Shown in pieces: positions 41,601-54,944 of a stretch of 64,000 nt of DNA; the first letter of the stretch is position 1, and the number at the start of each line of letters is the position of its first letter. Origin of the DNA: Eledone cirrhosa (taxonomy: Eukaryota); the NCBI GenBank assembly GCA_964016885.1, contig OZ024740.1, forward strand, positions 156,798,001 to 156,862,000, given 5' to 3'. The translations under genes were made by a program, and so were the position numbers. The notes under the pieces were generated by a model that did no database searches, was not told where the DNA came from, and saw only the letters and a program-made list of their open reading frames with translations.

Positions 41601-42900
41601 GGGTACGCTCGTGCATATACCTTGGACTTCCTGTAACGCTTGATGGAAGAATGACACAAAGCTGTCCAGTGTTATCAGCAGCCAATGCTCCTTTATTACT
41701 GATAGCATCTCTCAGGTGAATGTAATCTGATGCACAGAGATCTTTCTGATGTGTTCTAATGTAAAGAAGCCTTTCTCCTTCAATTTTTGCATACATATCA
41801 ACTGCAAATTGCTGGAAGAGCTCACGTGAACGATGAAAATATTGAAGTCTGTCTTGTTCTCTTAATATGAAAGGGTAAGCATAGAATTCCATGCAGCTTA
41901 CTGTTTTGTCAGTGCAAGAGCTCTTGTTTTAATATCTGTTTTTTTTAATACCAAAGTGATATCCATCTTGGCCAAATACACAGATTAAGGGATACTGGAG
42001 TGCATCATATGTTCGGTGGGTTGCATTTATCTGCAGCATCTTATTTCCTCTTCCTTGAATAATAATATCTCTCTTCCCATACTCGTCACCTGTAATAATT
42101 GCGGGGCATTGTAGAGACCTCTGTGTTCAGCAACAGGCTTTTTGTCTGTATTAATAACTATCTTGTATTCAGTGGGTGGCGCAGATTATGATGCATACTT
42201 GGAGCTTCTGATGTAGCTATTGTTTGCATGCAACATATCTTGCAGATCAAAGATTAACTCTTCTTTTAAATTTGGAAGGTTAAATGACGTTGCAAAGCCC
42301 GCTCCTTGTAATTTGCCACAAAATATAGCTGTAAAAACTGAAGATTTTTTCCTTCAGTTGGCAAAAGAGATCCCATACAATGGTATACTTGACTTTGAAA
42401 TTTAAAAGTCGGCTTCATGTTCTTATAATATTGCTACCAAAGGAAGTCCTTTGGAAAGCAGAATTATAATTACTGACATTTTTCAAGAAGTGCATGGTCC
42501 TTGGTGTGTTTCCCAAAAGCAATGCCTTCAAAATATCTGGGGGTGTACCAAATGTTGGTAAACCAACCGTTCCCCCAGCACAACGCATAGTGGTGGTTTC
42601 TTTTTCCCATTTCTTTCCTTTACAAAAATTGCATCTTTTTGACATTGCTCCAATATCAATCAATTTCTCTGTAGAATAATCATGTTTTGGATCATAGTTG
42701 AAAGCTCATCTTTTCCAAGTCTCCTTGAAAGGTGCAACACTTTTGTCAAACGTATTCAGCTTATCTTGATCAAGACGCTTATGGCTTTCCTCTGAGGATT
42801 GGCGAAGTCTTGCAACATCTGTTTACTCCTGGCTTTTTCTATGTCTAATCTCTCTCTGACCTATTGTCTCATTGGCAACTCTGGCAACTTGTCTTTGTCT
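38683..42900 (-). pseudogene. Helitron Rep-helicase (HUH Rep + Pif1-family SF1 helicase), disrupted
   Basis: Rep motifs DLFITFTCNPTW, IELQKRGLPHAHILIW, SIKYVCKYIIKG. Helicase motifs APGGTGKTF, IIWDEC, GDYRQTL, PCFSHGQLYV; ends TKNVVYPKALT*. Many frameshifts. Confidence 0.93.
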
Positions 42901-42994
42901 TGCATCCTTTTAACATTTTTCGGTCAAGACACACTGTTCAGGTCAGCCATGCATGCAAATGCATGTGTCATTGATCAGAGTCATTTCGGCCATG

Positions 42995-43197
42995 ATCTTT
43001 TTAAGGGTGTTGTAAGGTACCAGGTGGACCATAACGCATCAGAGTACTCGATACTTAGGATAGTGGAGTGGGTAATGATGGGAAAAGAGTCAGGATCCAG
43101 ACGGCTGAGCTCCGGCCGTTTCGACAGCTAGATCCTATCTGTTCGGGTCTAGCTGTCGAAACGGCCGGAGCTCAGCCGCGGGTGCCTGGCTCTTTTC
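42995..43197. mobile_element. Family-B pLTR tail with fold-back (arms 43082-43135 / 43145-43197)
   Basis: Homologous to 18840-19031 and folded at the same hairpin. Confidence 0.7.
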
Positions 43198-43219
43198 ATA
43201 CATATATATATATATATAG

Positions 43220-43985
43220 AAGTGGTAACACAACAGTTAGTTCACCATACCGAGAACAATTGTTTCACCTTAGCCGATCCTCAGCTCGTAATGGTCATGG
43301 TTGTACGGAACAGGAACGACAACCATATGAACGCGCATGCGCAGAAACGGTCACGTCACCCAGGCAATGCAAAATTGCGGACGAGAGGTGTAAGGGAGAT
43401 AACTGCGAAAGTCCGAAAGGTTCTAGTTGTTAAGAAAATTAGGATGTTGTTGTTATTCAATCCAGAGCTTTATAGTTATGTAAGAGGTGTTTCCAGACAT
43501 GTGGACAACGTTGAAAGATTCTTAAGTTTAGGCAATCGCTATTGCGTAATCTCTTTAGAATATTTATCCGTTCATCAATACATAGTCCAGAAGATGGTTT
43601 GGACTTAGTGATGGCTTTCCATTGAATGGGTAGTCTATACTTGAGTCCTTGAGGGACCATACGTGTCTCGCGAGATTTGTGGATGATTGTTTGTCCGGAT
43701 ACCTAAAGGTCGACTGATGGTTCAGGAAGCGTTCCTTAAATCGGCCCTCCGCCATACCCACATAGGATTTGACCTCCTGTGGTTGATTTGGTCGGTTGGA
43801 AGTGACCACAGGTTCATAAACTACAGCGGGTGTGTTGCATTGCTGTTGAAGGGGACAAGCTTCGGGCTTTCGACAAGAGCACCTTCGTGGGGTGTTGCTC
43901 TTAGGGCTGTTGGTGATGCGGGCCTTCATATTCTTAGCGCAGGATTAACGTAGTTTTACTTTGTGTCTGTTAAGGATGAAGCGGT
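43220..43985 (-). mobile_element. Penelope-like element 3' end with GIY-YIG endonuclease
   Basis: CSCRKPEACPLQQQC zinc linker, VVY...YVG..EGRFKERFLNHQSTF...TNLARHVWSLK; a frameshifted continuation ends CPH. Hammerhead downstream. Confidence 0.9.
43251..43288 (-). ncRNA. Minimal type-I hammerhead motif in Penelope 3' region
   Basis: Minus strand reads CGAG-CTGAGGA-TCGGCTAAGGT-GAAA-CAATTG-TT-CTCG: perfect stem I, palindromic stem III. Confidence 0.75.
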
Positions 43986-44019
43986 ATATGCATATGTATA
44001 TATATATTTATATATAAGG

Positions 44020-44370
44020 TGGTTGCCCCTTCGTTATCGAGTATGGCCATTGGACGATATACATTTATTAATAATTATTAATTAATTCTATCGTGCAATG
44101 CCTGTACGTGAAGATATTTTTTAAAGTGAAGAAAGACTGTGCACTGAGCCAATCCCACTCTCTGAGCGACAGTAGCTATAACCCGAAAAGAAGAAAAGAT
44201 CAACATCATCGGTAACTACTGAGCCGCTAGGATTTATATCGGAGTTATCCCAGTTTCCTGAGTTGCCTTCTCCTAGAAGAATGCCCTGACAAAGGTTAGG
44301 GATCCTTCACTCCCCGTGGTTTAACCGCGCGATCGGCTGTCTAGCCCGACTATTTCTATGTCCCGCGCAT
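44020..44370 (-). mobile_element. Probable RTE-derived non-coding fragment
   Basis: Minus-strand CTAGGAGAAGGCAACTC motif resembles RTE 5' UTRs from memory; no ORF. Confidence 0.35.
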
Positions 44371-44482
44371 ATACATACACATGCACCCATACATATACAC
44401 ATATACATACATATGTACATGTGCATATACATATTTACACACTTTTGGATGGCCGTTGACTCTTATGAGTTCTGCTGCTTTT

Positions 44483-44519
<37 letters not shown>

Positions 44520-44609
44520 AAGGCGGGTAAAATTCCCGAGATCCATGGACGAGTTCTCTCCAGCGGTCTCTGTCCCTCATTATCGCTGCCATATCCTGCA
44601 TCTCCAACA

Positions 44610-44723
44610 GTGTCTGTCCTTAGGTTGGCTGGACATGCTCACCGACATCCAGAGTTGAAATTGCACTCAGTGCTCCTTTGGGAACCCCTACATGGACACA
44701 CTAGAAGAGGAAGACCAATGATA

Positions 44724-44725
<2 letters not shown>
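44610..44725 (+). mobile_element. RTE-type LINE C-terminal fragment
   Basis: LRLAGHAHRHPEL..VLLWEPLHGHTRRGRP. Confidence 0.7.
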
Positions 44726-44817
<92 letters not shown>

Positions 44818-44854
44818 ATTAATACCTATATATATATATAATAATAATAATAAT

Positions 44855-44907
<53 letters not shown>

Positions 44908-44909
<2 letters not shown>

Positions 44910-47900
44910 GAAATTATGATCGAATGGATGAAAATGAAAGAATCTGACATGGGGGAACGAGACACCCTCCCTAAGATCCAGAACTCCAAACAGAACCAAA
45001 AGATAATACACAAGACTAACATAATTATCAAAAACATTATCATCACAAACAAACTAAACATTACTGATTTAAATCATCTCTATTATGCATCGGCTAAAGT
45101 CACCACTCACTTATGTGGAGTGAAGATGAAAAAACAAAGGAATTCCCACAAGAAATCTACTTGGCAAGAGAACATCAATCGCCAAATAAACCTTCTCCCA
45201 TCTGACATAGAAATTTTAAAAAACTATAAAGTAGGTGAACATGTTAAACAAACTAAACTTAGAAAATTGAAAAGAAAGTACAGTATAAAACCAACAAGTG
45301 ACATAGGCATGCTGATAGAAATAATCAAGCAAAAAGTTTCGGCCAAAGCTGCTCGTATAAGGCGCTTTGAAAAACGATCTAGATTCTATAAGGACAATAA
45401 TATGTTCAAAACCAATCACAGAAACTTCTACAGAAAAATTGGTAAGTCAACAATAACTGCTAAATCAATACCACCCAAGGAGGAAGTGCAAGAATTCTGG
45501 GAAAAGATCTGGGCCGAAGAAAAAGTTCATAAATACATGCCCCATGGATAGACAGACAAATGAAAGATACAGCTCACTTTGAGAAACAAATATGGGAAAA
45601 TATAACATTTGAACACTTGCGTTTGGCTCTAAGAAAAACCAGCAAATGGAAATCCCCAGGAAAAGACAAAATACAAAATTTTTGGATAAATGCCTTCACA
45701 GAGTCTCATGAGCTGTTAGCCCAAAGATACCATCATAGCTAGTTAACGACATTACATTCCTGCTTCCGAAAAATGATGAGACAAACAATCCCAAAAATTA
45801 CAGACCGATAACTTGCTTGACCACAATATATAAAATTTTAACATCAGTCCTAACTGAATATACATATGACCACCTGATAAGAAATGACCTATTTCCCATT
45901 GAGCAGAAAGGGTGTAAACGAGGATCATATGGCTGTAAGGATCATCTTTTGGTTAACAAAATGATACTGGAAGATTGTCATAATAGACACAAAAATCTAT
46001 CAATTGCTTGGATAGATTATAAAAAATCATTCGATAGTTTGCCACACAGTTGGATTGAAAAATGTTTAGAGATTTTCAAAATATCCCCCGTTGTCAGGAG
46101 GTTTTTGTCATTCAGTATCAAGACATGAAAAACGACACTCCTTTTGAATAGTGAAACAAAATCACTGGAAGCTGGAGAAGTTAATATTAATTGTGGAATT
46201 TTTCAGGGTGACTCTTTATCACCGCTTTTATTCTGCATCGCACTTATGCCATTAAGTAAAATGCTCAATGAAACAAAACATGGATATAAAGTCTATGACA
46301 AAACCATTAATCACTTGTTCTACATGGATGACCTGAAACTATTTGCAAAAAATGATGAACAATTGCAATGGCTATTATCCACTGTGGAACAGTTCAGTGA
46401 TGACATTAAAATGGAGTTTGGACTCGATAAATGCGCCAAAGCAACGTTCACCAGAGGAAAGCTGCTGAAAAGTTCAGACATTAATCTTGATCGAGGGAAT
46501 GTGATAAGAGAACTTGATCAAGAGGAAACTTACAAATATCTAGGTGTTTGTGAAGGAGACGGAATCAAGCACTCGACAATGAGGGAAAGGATAAGGAAAG
46601 AATGTTACCGCAGAGTAAGAGCAATCTCAAGAACGGAGTTGAATGCAAGGAATAGGATCGATGCCATAAACACGCTTGCCATACCAGTAGTAACCTACAG
46701 TTACAATGTCATCAACTGGTCAAGCACAGAGATCCGTAGGCTCGATACAAAAAGTCGAAAATTCTTAACCATGCACAGAATGCATCACCCTAAGGCAGAT
46801 ACAGATAGAATATATCTCCCTAGGAAAGAAGGAGGACGTGGGTTAAACCAGTTAGACATTGCGTTGAAAACTGCAACAATTGGATTATCTACATATCTGA
46901 GGGAATCACATGATTGGATGATCAAACTCGTTTTGAAACACGAAAGCATCAAAAGATCATACTCCATTACAAAAGATGCACAAAGATACAGTAATGGACT
47001 ACACATTTCAGAAGTCCCATTTACTGCTGAAATGGAAAACACAGAAAAAGCAAAGCAGGTAAAAGTAACTGCAAAGAAAGAACTGCTACAGAAACTGGCT
47101 AAGAAATGGCAAGAAAAGACTCTGTATGGAAAATACCCAGAACGAGCTAACAATCCTGATGTTGACAAAACTTTAACCCATCAGTGGTTGGCATCCTCTG
47201 GACTGAAATCGGAAACTGAAGGACTGATTATATCAGCACAAGATCAGTGTCTGCCAACAAAAAATTATCAAGCCAACATAATAAAAAATGGATGCAGCCC
47301 ATTATGCCGTGTATGTAAAAAACATCCAGAGACCATTGACCATATAATTTCAGTGTGTTGTCCTATAGCTCCAACCGAATACCCAAACATGCATGACAGA
47401 GCTGCACAATACATACATTGGATAATGTGTAAGCATTTTGACCTGCCCCATCAAAAGAATTGGTGGGAGCATCAACCACCTCCCATACTTGAAAAAGATC
47501 ACATCTCAACCTTGTGGAACTTTAGCATCCAAACAGACCGAAAAATAGATGCAAATAGACCTGATATAATATTGAAGGACTTTAAAAAGAAGGTATGCCT
47601 GCTAATTGATATGTCCCTTCCAATAGACAAGAATGTATGTATAAAACATTTGAAAAATTGAGCAAGTATAAGGACCTGGAGATAGAAATTGGAAAAATGT
47701 GGAAATTGAGAACTAAAACAATACCAGTGGTTGTAGGCGCTCTAGGAATGATACCTAAGGTGTCTAATGATTACTTATCGCAAATCCCAGGAAACCCGCG
47801 TATAGGAGAAATACAAAAGATAGTACTAATGGGAACTGCCCATATACTAAGGAAGATTCTGTCAATATAAGTACATCACAAGTCTAAACACTAAAGATGC

Positions 47901-48014
47901 ATGTGTGAGTATGTATGTTCTTTCTTGAACATGGCGCACCTTGTTGTCTCTTGAGGTCACTGGTTGTGACTTGGTGATAACTCGTATGAACATAAAGCAA
48001 GATAAATGCAGCTG
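44908..48014 (+). mobile_element. Dong/R4-clade non-LTR retrotransposon (RT + RLE), 5'-truncated and disrupted
   Basis: RT GIFQGDSLSPLLF and YMDDLK, CRVC..ETIDH knuckle, RPDII and KYKDL..PVVVGALG endonuclease motifs. Embedded in (TAA)n on both sides; frameshifts and stops. Confidence 0.93.
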
Positions 48015-48030
48015 TAATAATAATAATAAT

Positions 48031-49494
48031 AGTAATAATAATAAATTTGAAGAATAAAATCCAAAGAGGGCTCGATAAGGATAAATATGTATCAAATATA
48101 TAAGAACCGTAGAGCAAATATTTATTAAAATAACAGATTAAAGTTTAAGCGAAGAATCGCTGCTTTCACCCTTAACTGGATCTTCTGAAACTAACAAAGT
48201 CAATCTGTAAACGCAGAAGTGGATATTTCAAAAAACGTTGCAACCGGAGGAAGACAGGAAGGCGATACTTTGGTTCGTGGAAACGTTCCCTGGCAAAGAA
48301 CGGGAAAAAACGAATATAATACGTCATTATAGGAACGGTGAAAAACAATTACGCGCAAAGACAGAACCACGTTTATGGTATAAAAGAAGTCGTAGACTAA
48401 TGTTCTCTTAGGTGGTTCATAGAGACGTTCTCTGGCAATGAGCGGGAAAAACGAAGATAATACGTTATATGTGGTGCGTGGAGAACAATAGCACGCAAAG
48501 ACAAACCCCGTAAAAGGTATAGCTGAAGTCGAAGACTAAAATTCTAACTAGGAAACCGAATGAATCTCCGCTTCAGAGTTAAGAATAAAGTAAATAAAAT
48601 ACAATACAGAGGTAATAGAAATTAAATAAATACATACACGCAAGCAAATACGTACATACACAAGCATACTCGAAAACACTTGCCATAGGTATACAAAACC
48701 ACGCACATATAAATATGTGTGTGTGTGTTTGTGCGTGTATACAAATAAATAGATAATTAAATAAACGTATATAAATAAATAAATACGTATATAACAAGCC
48801 CACACACATACCTACATGTAAATACACAAATGTTCGGAGACGTAAGTCAACCAAAACATGAAGTACACATATACCCACACCCTACATACGTACGAACCTG
48901 TATACTCACACAGACGCAAAACTCCCGTATACACATAACCAAACCATATGTACCAGAATATATAAAAAATGATACGCCATAACATATACAATCAAATATA
49001 CGTACGAGAAAGTATACGTACCTTCACAAAACATACAGGTAATATATACTTACCTATGCAAATAAGTAATGGTATAAACAAACATATACTTAGCTACCAC
49101 ATCAAGACGTAAAATATCCACGTATAGATCGTACTATCCGTTAGGGTATAACGTGGGGCTGTAATACAGGAAAGTTTTGTGCAATTCATGTTTACAAGCC
49201 GAAATTGCCTCAGATTTTTTGTTTAAGATGTGGTCTGTGGCGTAGAGTATTTCCAGGGCCTCAGCGGCGCAGAGGTCACATTGTCTTTTATTTCCGTTAT
49301 ACAATCTAGCCCTAGCTAGGATCTGCCAGTGTAACTTATATTGGGTGTGGTTGTCTTTTAGACTCCAGATATAAGCTGAAAGTGACGTCATATTCCTTCT
49401 TAGAGGGTAACGAAAAGAATGGGTATGCATGTAAAGACGCTGCTTGAATCTAGAAAGCAGCGATTCTTTGCTTAAACTTTAATCTGTTATTTTA

Positions 49495-49500
<6 letters not shown>
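48031..49500 (-). mobile_element. Penelope-like element (family C): GIY-YIG 3' end, pLTR and upstream inverted pLTR stub
   Basis: ORF 49134-49430 HSF..TSLSAYIWSLK..HWQILAR..CDLC..ILNKKSE..CKH. pLTR about 48118-49130; inverted stub 49452-49500. Confidence 0.9.
48142..48192 (-). ncRNA. Variant hammerhead motif (CAGAAGA core), second copy
   Basis: Same architecture as 36892-36942. Confidence 0.5.
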
Positions 49501-49575
<75 letters not shown>

Positions 49576-49580
49576 ATACC

Positions 49581-49844
49581 CACAAACACAGTTTTTAAAA
49601 TGCCGCATTAGCTAATACAACATCCTTGGCTGAAATAATTAATAATTATAGAAAAAAGAATATCGATTATAACCTTACCTGGAGTGTGCTCAAAAGGACA
49701 ACTCCTTATCAAAATAACAGATATGAGTGTAGATTATTATCCCATGAACCTTTTTAAATAATGAAATCTAAGGATATCCTATTAAATAAGCAACAAGAAT
49801 TAATTATATCGTGCAATCATAGAATTAAAAGAACTTTCAAATAG
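49581..49844 (+). pseudogene. Penelope GIY-YIG C-terminal fragment (not in ORF track)
   Basis: Manual translation HKHSF*NAALANTTSLAEII..NIDYNLTWSVLKRTTPY..YECRL..LLNKQQELIISCNH, colinear with 49134-49430. Confidence 0.78.
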
Positions 49845-49995
49845 TATAAACCTAATTAATATACACCTTACACTTATATTTTACAAATTATTATAATTAG
49901 TTTTTTTAATTTAGTTAACCTATAATTAGTATTTTACTACTGAGAACTTCATAATTTTATTTCCCTTTTACAGCTATCTTTTTCTAAAATTAATA

Positions 49996-50302
49996 CCTAT
50001 AAGTATACATATAAACTATTTTAATTTCCTTTTATGAATCTAAATTCCTTGTAGTCTATATAAGTTTGTTATTTCTCACTAATACATTTATCCCCCAAAA
50101 ATTTTTTCCCTTCGTTTTTAACATGTAACTCTTAATTATCACATCTATATGAATTAATATAAATTTATCCCTATAAGTATGCCTATCAATTAAATTAATA
50201 TAATATCTTTTTATAGATCTAAATTCCTTATGTTTTAAATAAGATTGGTATTTCTCACTAACACATTTATCCTAAAATGTTATTCTCCTTCGATTTTAAC
50301 AT
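49996..50302 (+). repeat. Diverged tandem duplication (period about 175 bp) in the Penelope 3' region
   Basis: CCTATAAGTAT..ATCTAAATTCCTT..TATTTCTCACTAA.ACATTTATCC..CCTTCG.TTTTAACAT at 49996 and 50171. Confidence 0.7.
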
Positions 50303-50577
50303 TAGCATTATTCTTTAATAACATCAAATTTTCGTGTACCTTTCGCCGGCTTGACCTCTTTTCATCCCCAAAGTAATCTTTTCATTCAAAGTATTCTTTC
50401 CATTCAAAACTGAAGTCTGCATTCCTCTACCCCTAAATTAAATTTCTACTACTACTATTCTAGCAACTTGACCACTTACTACTTTTCTATTGGTCAATTC
50501 AAAACCTGTTCCCAAACAGACCTATTATATTAAATCTTTGTTGTTTGTTTTTCAATAAACAAATATCATTATTTCTG

Positions 50578-50885
50578 ATTGGCAGTGGATTGGCAGTATT
50601 GGTAGGTGAATTGGCAGTATCGGTAGAGGGTCGGACGCCATGCTTTCAAGCATAGTTACGTCCCTTTACGATCTGAGTTCAAATCCCGCCGAGGTTGACT
50701 TTGCCTTTCATCCTTACGGGGTCGATAAAATAAAGTACCAGTAATGCACTGGGTAATTGCTGGCCCTGTGCCTAAAGTAAAAACAATTATTTCTGGTTGG
50801 CAGTATCGGTAGAGGGTCGGACGCCATGCTTTCCAGCATAGTTACGTCCCTTTGCGGTCTGTGCCAAAAGTAGAAACAATTATTT
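50578..50885 (+). mobile_element. SINE family A: stuttered head, full copy and internally deleted second copy
   Basis: Repeated ATTGGCAGT heads; full copy about 50608-50791; deleted copy about 50797-50885. Confidence 0.88.
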
Positions 50886-51219
50886 CTGAAGACAGCATAT
50901 ATGTGTATGTATGTGTATTCCCTCTGATAGTTTGTAAAATTTTTACATAGATCTATATGATATACATACCAACACACATATATATCCTAGAAACGATCAT
51001 AAAATGATGAATTTTTTAATATAAGGAACTGTTTCTTTGTTTTTATTCATTGTTTTTATTAATTTATCTTGACTCTGTTTTCCTGTGATTTTCATCTAAA
51101 AAATGTTTGAATACATCTTCTCTTTTCATGATATTTGGATTACATTGAGTTCTTCATACGGATTGGACACTACCGTATATTTTGGTAGATTTATCTACAT
51201 ATATTTATATATATATCTA

Positions 51220-51269
<50 letters not shown>

Positions 51270-51318
51270 ATACATATGTCAATTCACAGGCACAGACACT
51301 CAAACACACACACGCATA

Positions 51319-51351
<33 letters not shown>

Positions 51352-52401
51352 TCAATCTTTATACTCTTCTGAAATTACAAACTTCAACAGTGTACTTCTT
51401 CCTCTAATCAATACATGAAGACAAAATTTCTTTCAAATGTAATCGAGATCAATTTCTAAGTCAGACACAATGTGGAAGATGTATGGAAATGTTTTTCTCC
51501 TTGACGTGTATTAATGAAAATACGACTATATTCTAATTTTCATTTCGCTTAGAAAGATTTTGACGTTTTATTTTTTCCTTGGTGATCAATTATTCGTTCC
51601 AAGTATTTGTTTGATGATTTATTGCAACATTTTACGTCTCAAGAGTCTTCATTGTGTGTGTGCGTGTGTGTGTGAGTGGGTGGGTGAGTATTAGTATATG
51701 TGCGCACTTATAACGTGAATGAAAAAAGAACAAGCATAGTATTTGAGAATTATAGAATGTTAAGCAATATTTCGTTATGTTCCAAATATACCGAGGTACG
51801 ATCATGTGGTAACTAGTATTGTTTCCTACAATGCTATTTCCACATCCTTTAATATATCAATGCATGAAAAATGAAGTTTACAGCTCAAGTCCATTCAGTT
51901 TTACTTGGCCGCCTACAAGGCTACATTTTACAGAAATGGAAATCGTGATCGTAATCACCAATTTGCTCTAATTTAATATCATATACGTTACTTCAATACA
52001 AACATTAGTATTCTTTAGAGATATAAATGATACCTTCATTGTTCCGGACACATGCACACAGAAGAATTATGTCATTAATCATAATCCTTAGAACATCGGA
52101 CAAAATGCTTTGCAGAATTTAGTTACGACTCTTTAATCCCTGTGTTCAAATCCCATTGCGATCAACTTCACCTCTCCGACTTAATAGAATAAAGTATCAG
52201 TCAAAGTACTTTGTTGATTCAATCTACAACCTACTTCCCCAAAGACCTGGTGTCTATGTTAGAAATGATTATTGACAACTATTAATGTGTTTCAATATTT
52301 AGTTACGGTCATTTACGCAGAGAGTTCAAAACCCACTCAAGTCATCTTTGCAGTTCTGGTGTCGATAAATAAAATACAGGTGTAAATTGAATCGACTATA
52401 C

Positions 52402-52640
52402 CTTCTTCTTCTTCTTCTTCTTCTTCTTCTTCTTCTTCTTCTTCTTCTTCTTCTTCTTCTTCTTCTTCTTCTTCTTCTTCTTCGCCCAGTTATTCCTGAA
52501 AGGGCAGTGGGGGCAGAGTCCTTAAACAATCCTTCCAGCGTGTCCTGCCAGAAGCAATCGTCTCCAACTGATCCGGCTGGACCCCCAAGTGCGACCAGCC
52601 GAGCTCCTAGAGTGTATCCAGTCATCTTGTTCGGGGTCTA
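52402..52640 (-). mobile_element. RTE 3' UTR with expanded (GAA)n tail
   Basis: Homologous to 9975-10130; (CTT)n at 52402-52483. Confidence 0.8.
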
Positions 52641-53575
52641 CCATCGATCCCATACTCCTGCAGACCTTTCAACTATTTAAGATTCGAAGCCGTTTTCCCG
52701 TATAAGAAATTAAAAATGCACTTTTAACTTGATCTTCTCATTTTACAAAAAAAACAACCTTTTAAAGGGCTATTTCTTAGCATCAGATATCATGTATATA
52801 AACAGGTAGGTTCCCAATAATTTTATCTACTATGACACGGACCTTTAATGCAAATATATGCTATTTGGGACTGAATTAAGTTACAATTTGCTTGCGTGGG
52901 TTCTCAGCAGCGTTGAATATATCTGCTGCTTCTTTTATTATCCGTTCTTGGTGTTATAATTCTTCATCTATAATGGAGAAATCTATTACTATAGTGACAT
53001 ATGATTTCTATCTTTACACATGCTCGTTCTGCCAAACATGATTATTATTGTTTCACCTCTGGTCAGAACATCGATGCAATGAAATTAGGTGAAGCAGAAG
53101 TGAAACAGCAAAGCTCAGAATAATAATGCATGTATTGTGTGAAAATGGAAGTCATATGACACAATAGGAAAACTTTTAATTGTAGACAAATATTAACTGA
53201 GGATTCTAAAGAGAATGAAATAGTATACAACAGAAGCTGAGGTAGATATAGGTAAACATAGAACAGAGTTAAGGTTATTATATCTGCCCCTAATGAATAT
53301 AAGTTTACACATCCCTGAATGTATCTGTATCTGTACAACATGTATCTGTATCTGTGCAACTTGTCGGTAACACGATGGATTAGAAATTCACACGCTTTAA
53401 ATACACGTGTGTTCCATAGTTTTTAAATGTTTTTCGTCAATACACATGAAAGCGAAATTAAAGTCTTAAAAGCTCAACGCTGTTCTCCCTTTTATCATTT
53501 GACTAGGCTTCGATTAAATTTTAGGTGATTCCCTCGCTTTCACGGGCAACTATATGTGAATAAAGGCATAAAGCA

Positions 53576-53756
53576 ATTGGCAGTATCGGTAGAGGGTCGG
53601 ACGCCATGCTTTACAGCATAGTTACGTCCCTTTACAATCTGAGTTCAAATCCCGCCGAGGTTGACTTTGCCTTTCATCCTTACGGGGTCGATAAAATAAA
53701 GTACCAGTAATGCACTGGGTAATTGCTGGCCTTGTGCCTAAAGTAGAAACAATTAA
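53576..53756 (+). mobile_element. SINE family A
   Basis: Near-consensus full copy. Confidence 0.92.
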
Positions 53757-54299
53757 TAGGGAAAATGCTTAATTAGTTGGCCGTTATTATACCACCATCG
53801 AGTCCTTGTGGTCTTTATCGTAGTCCACTTTGACGCAAGCATTCGGACCAGGATTTCTGTTTGAGGAAATATATCTTCTTTCTGTACTACCAATCACTGA
53901 GACTCTAATGTTAGTAATGGGAATTACCATTCCCTCTCCGATAATACATTTAAAAAAATTCAAATAAGTTTGTAGACTTCATTATATAACAATTCACACT
54001 CAGACTTAGAGCAATAAATGCAGTAGAAACAATAAGCATTAAATAAAAATTTCACGAAATCTGTTATATTGATAATCGCTTCTACGAGAACGCAAGAGGT
54101 TCAACATATGTGACCAAACAAAGTTAATAGTTCTTTACTTCGTGTAATAATAAGGGGATGTATCATTCTAAAATACAAACTGTTCAACATAAAACTGGTC
54201 AGCAGATGTTTAGTAGTTTGTCGAAACACATATATAATTACATGTTTGTGAAATTATGCAATATAAGACTAATGAAATAATGCTGAGTGAGTTATTATA

Positions 54300-54800
54300 T
54301 GCAGTGTTTTTTCCATATCTTTATATCTGGATATATTCTCCGTTTCCTTTGGATATATATTATTGTCTGATAGATTACTGCCTGATCGACTGATAGCTAG
54401 ATTAGGACGCATAAACTTTTCCGGAATTTCTGGACAATAGCCGTTCGATTATCCGCAAGCCCCTTGTACATTGGCATGTCCTTGAAAAGTATGGCTGAGT
54501 AATTCTCTAAGACTTTTTCTGGTGCTCGTTCATACGACAATACTGTTGGTGTTTCATAATGCTGACATAACCCTGCAAGGCTGAAGATATACTGAAGTTG
54601 CTTAATGCATTCTGTATCATGACGACGGGAGTTTGGTAATTTTTGTAGGATCCATATTGCTATTATAAATCCTGCAGTTTCAATTTTTATTTCTAAGGTA
54701 CTAAGTTTTTTTTCCGTTTTTTGGTTTTTCTATTTCCATTGACTTCGTTCACAACTACTGGACATATAAAGGCTTTGCCTCTCATACCTTTATTAAAGCA
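54300..54800 (-). mobile_element. Old Dong/R4-type RLE fragment
   Basis: Manual translation KIETAGFIIAI..APEKVLENYSAILF..DNRTAIV..SLCVLI, then SDNNIYPKETENISRYKD; colinear with the Dong RLE region. Confidence 0.65.
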
Positions 54801-54944
54801 TTCTGTAGTTCTAATTTTAGTTGAGCACAATTTCTGTGCTTGTGCGTTGTATCCTTATTTTACCCTGTTTTGCTTTTGTCGTTTTTTTTTAAAACAAATT
54901 ATATTTTTTTGTGTATTCTTAATAGATGTTTATATAATATTTCC

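Noticed and set aside
46785-47168. 127-aa ORF conserved in two places (also 56771-57154)
   Set aside because: Antisense shadow of the duplicated Dong RT region.
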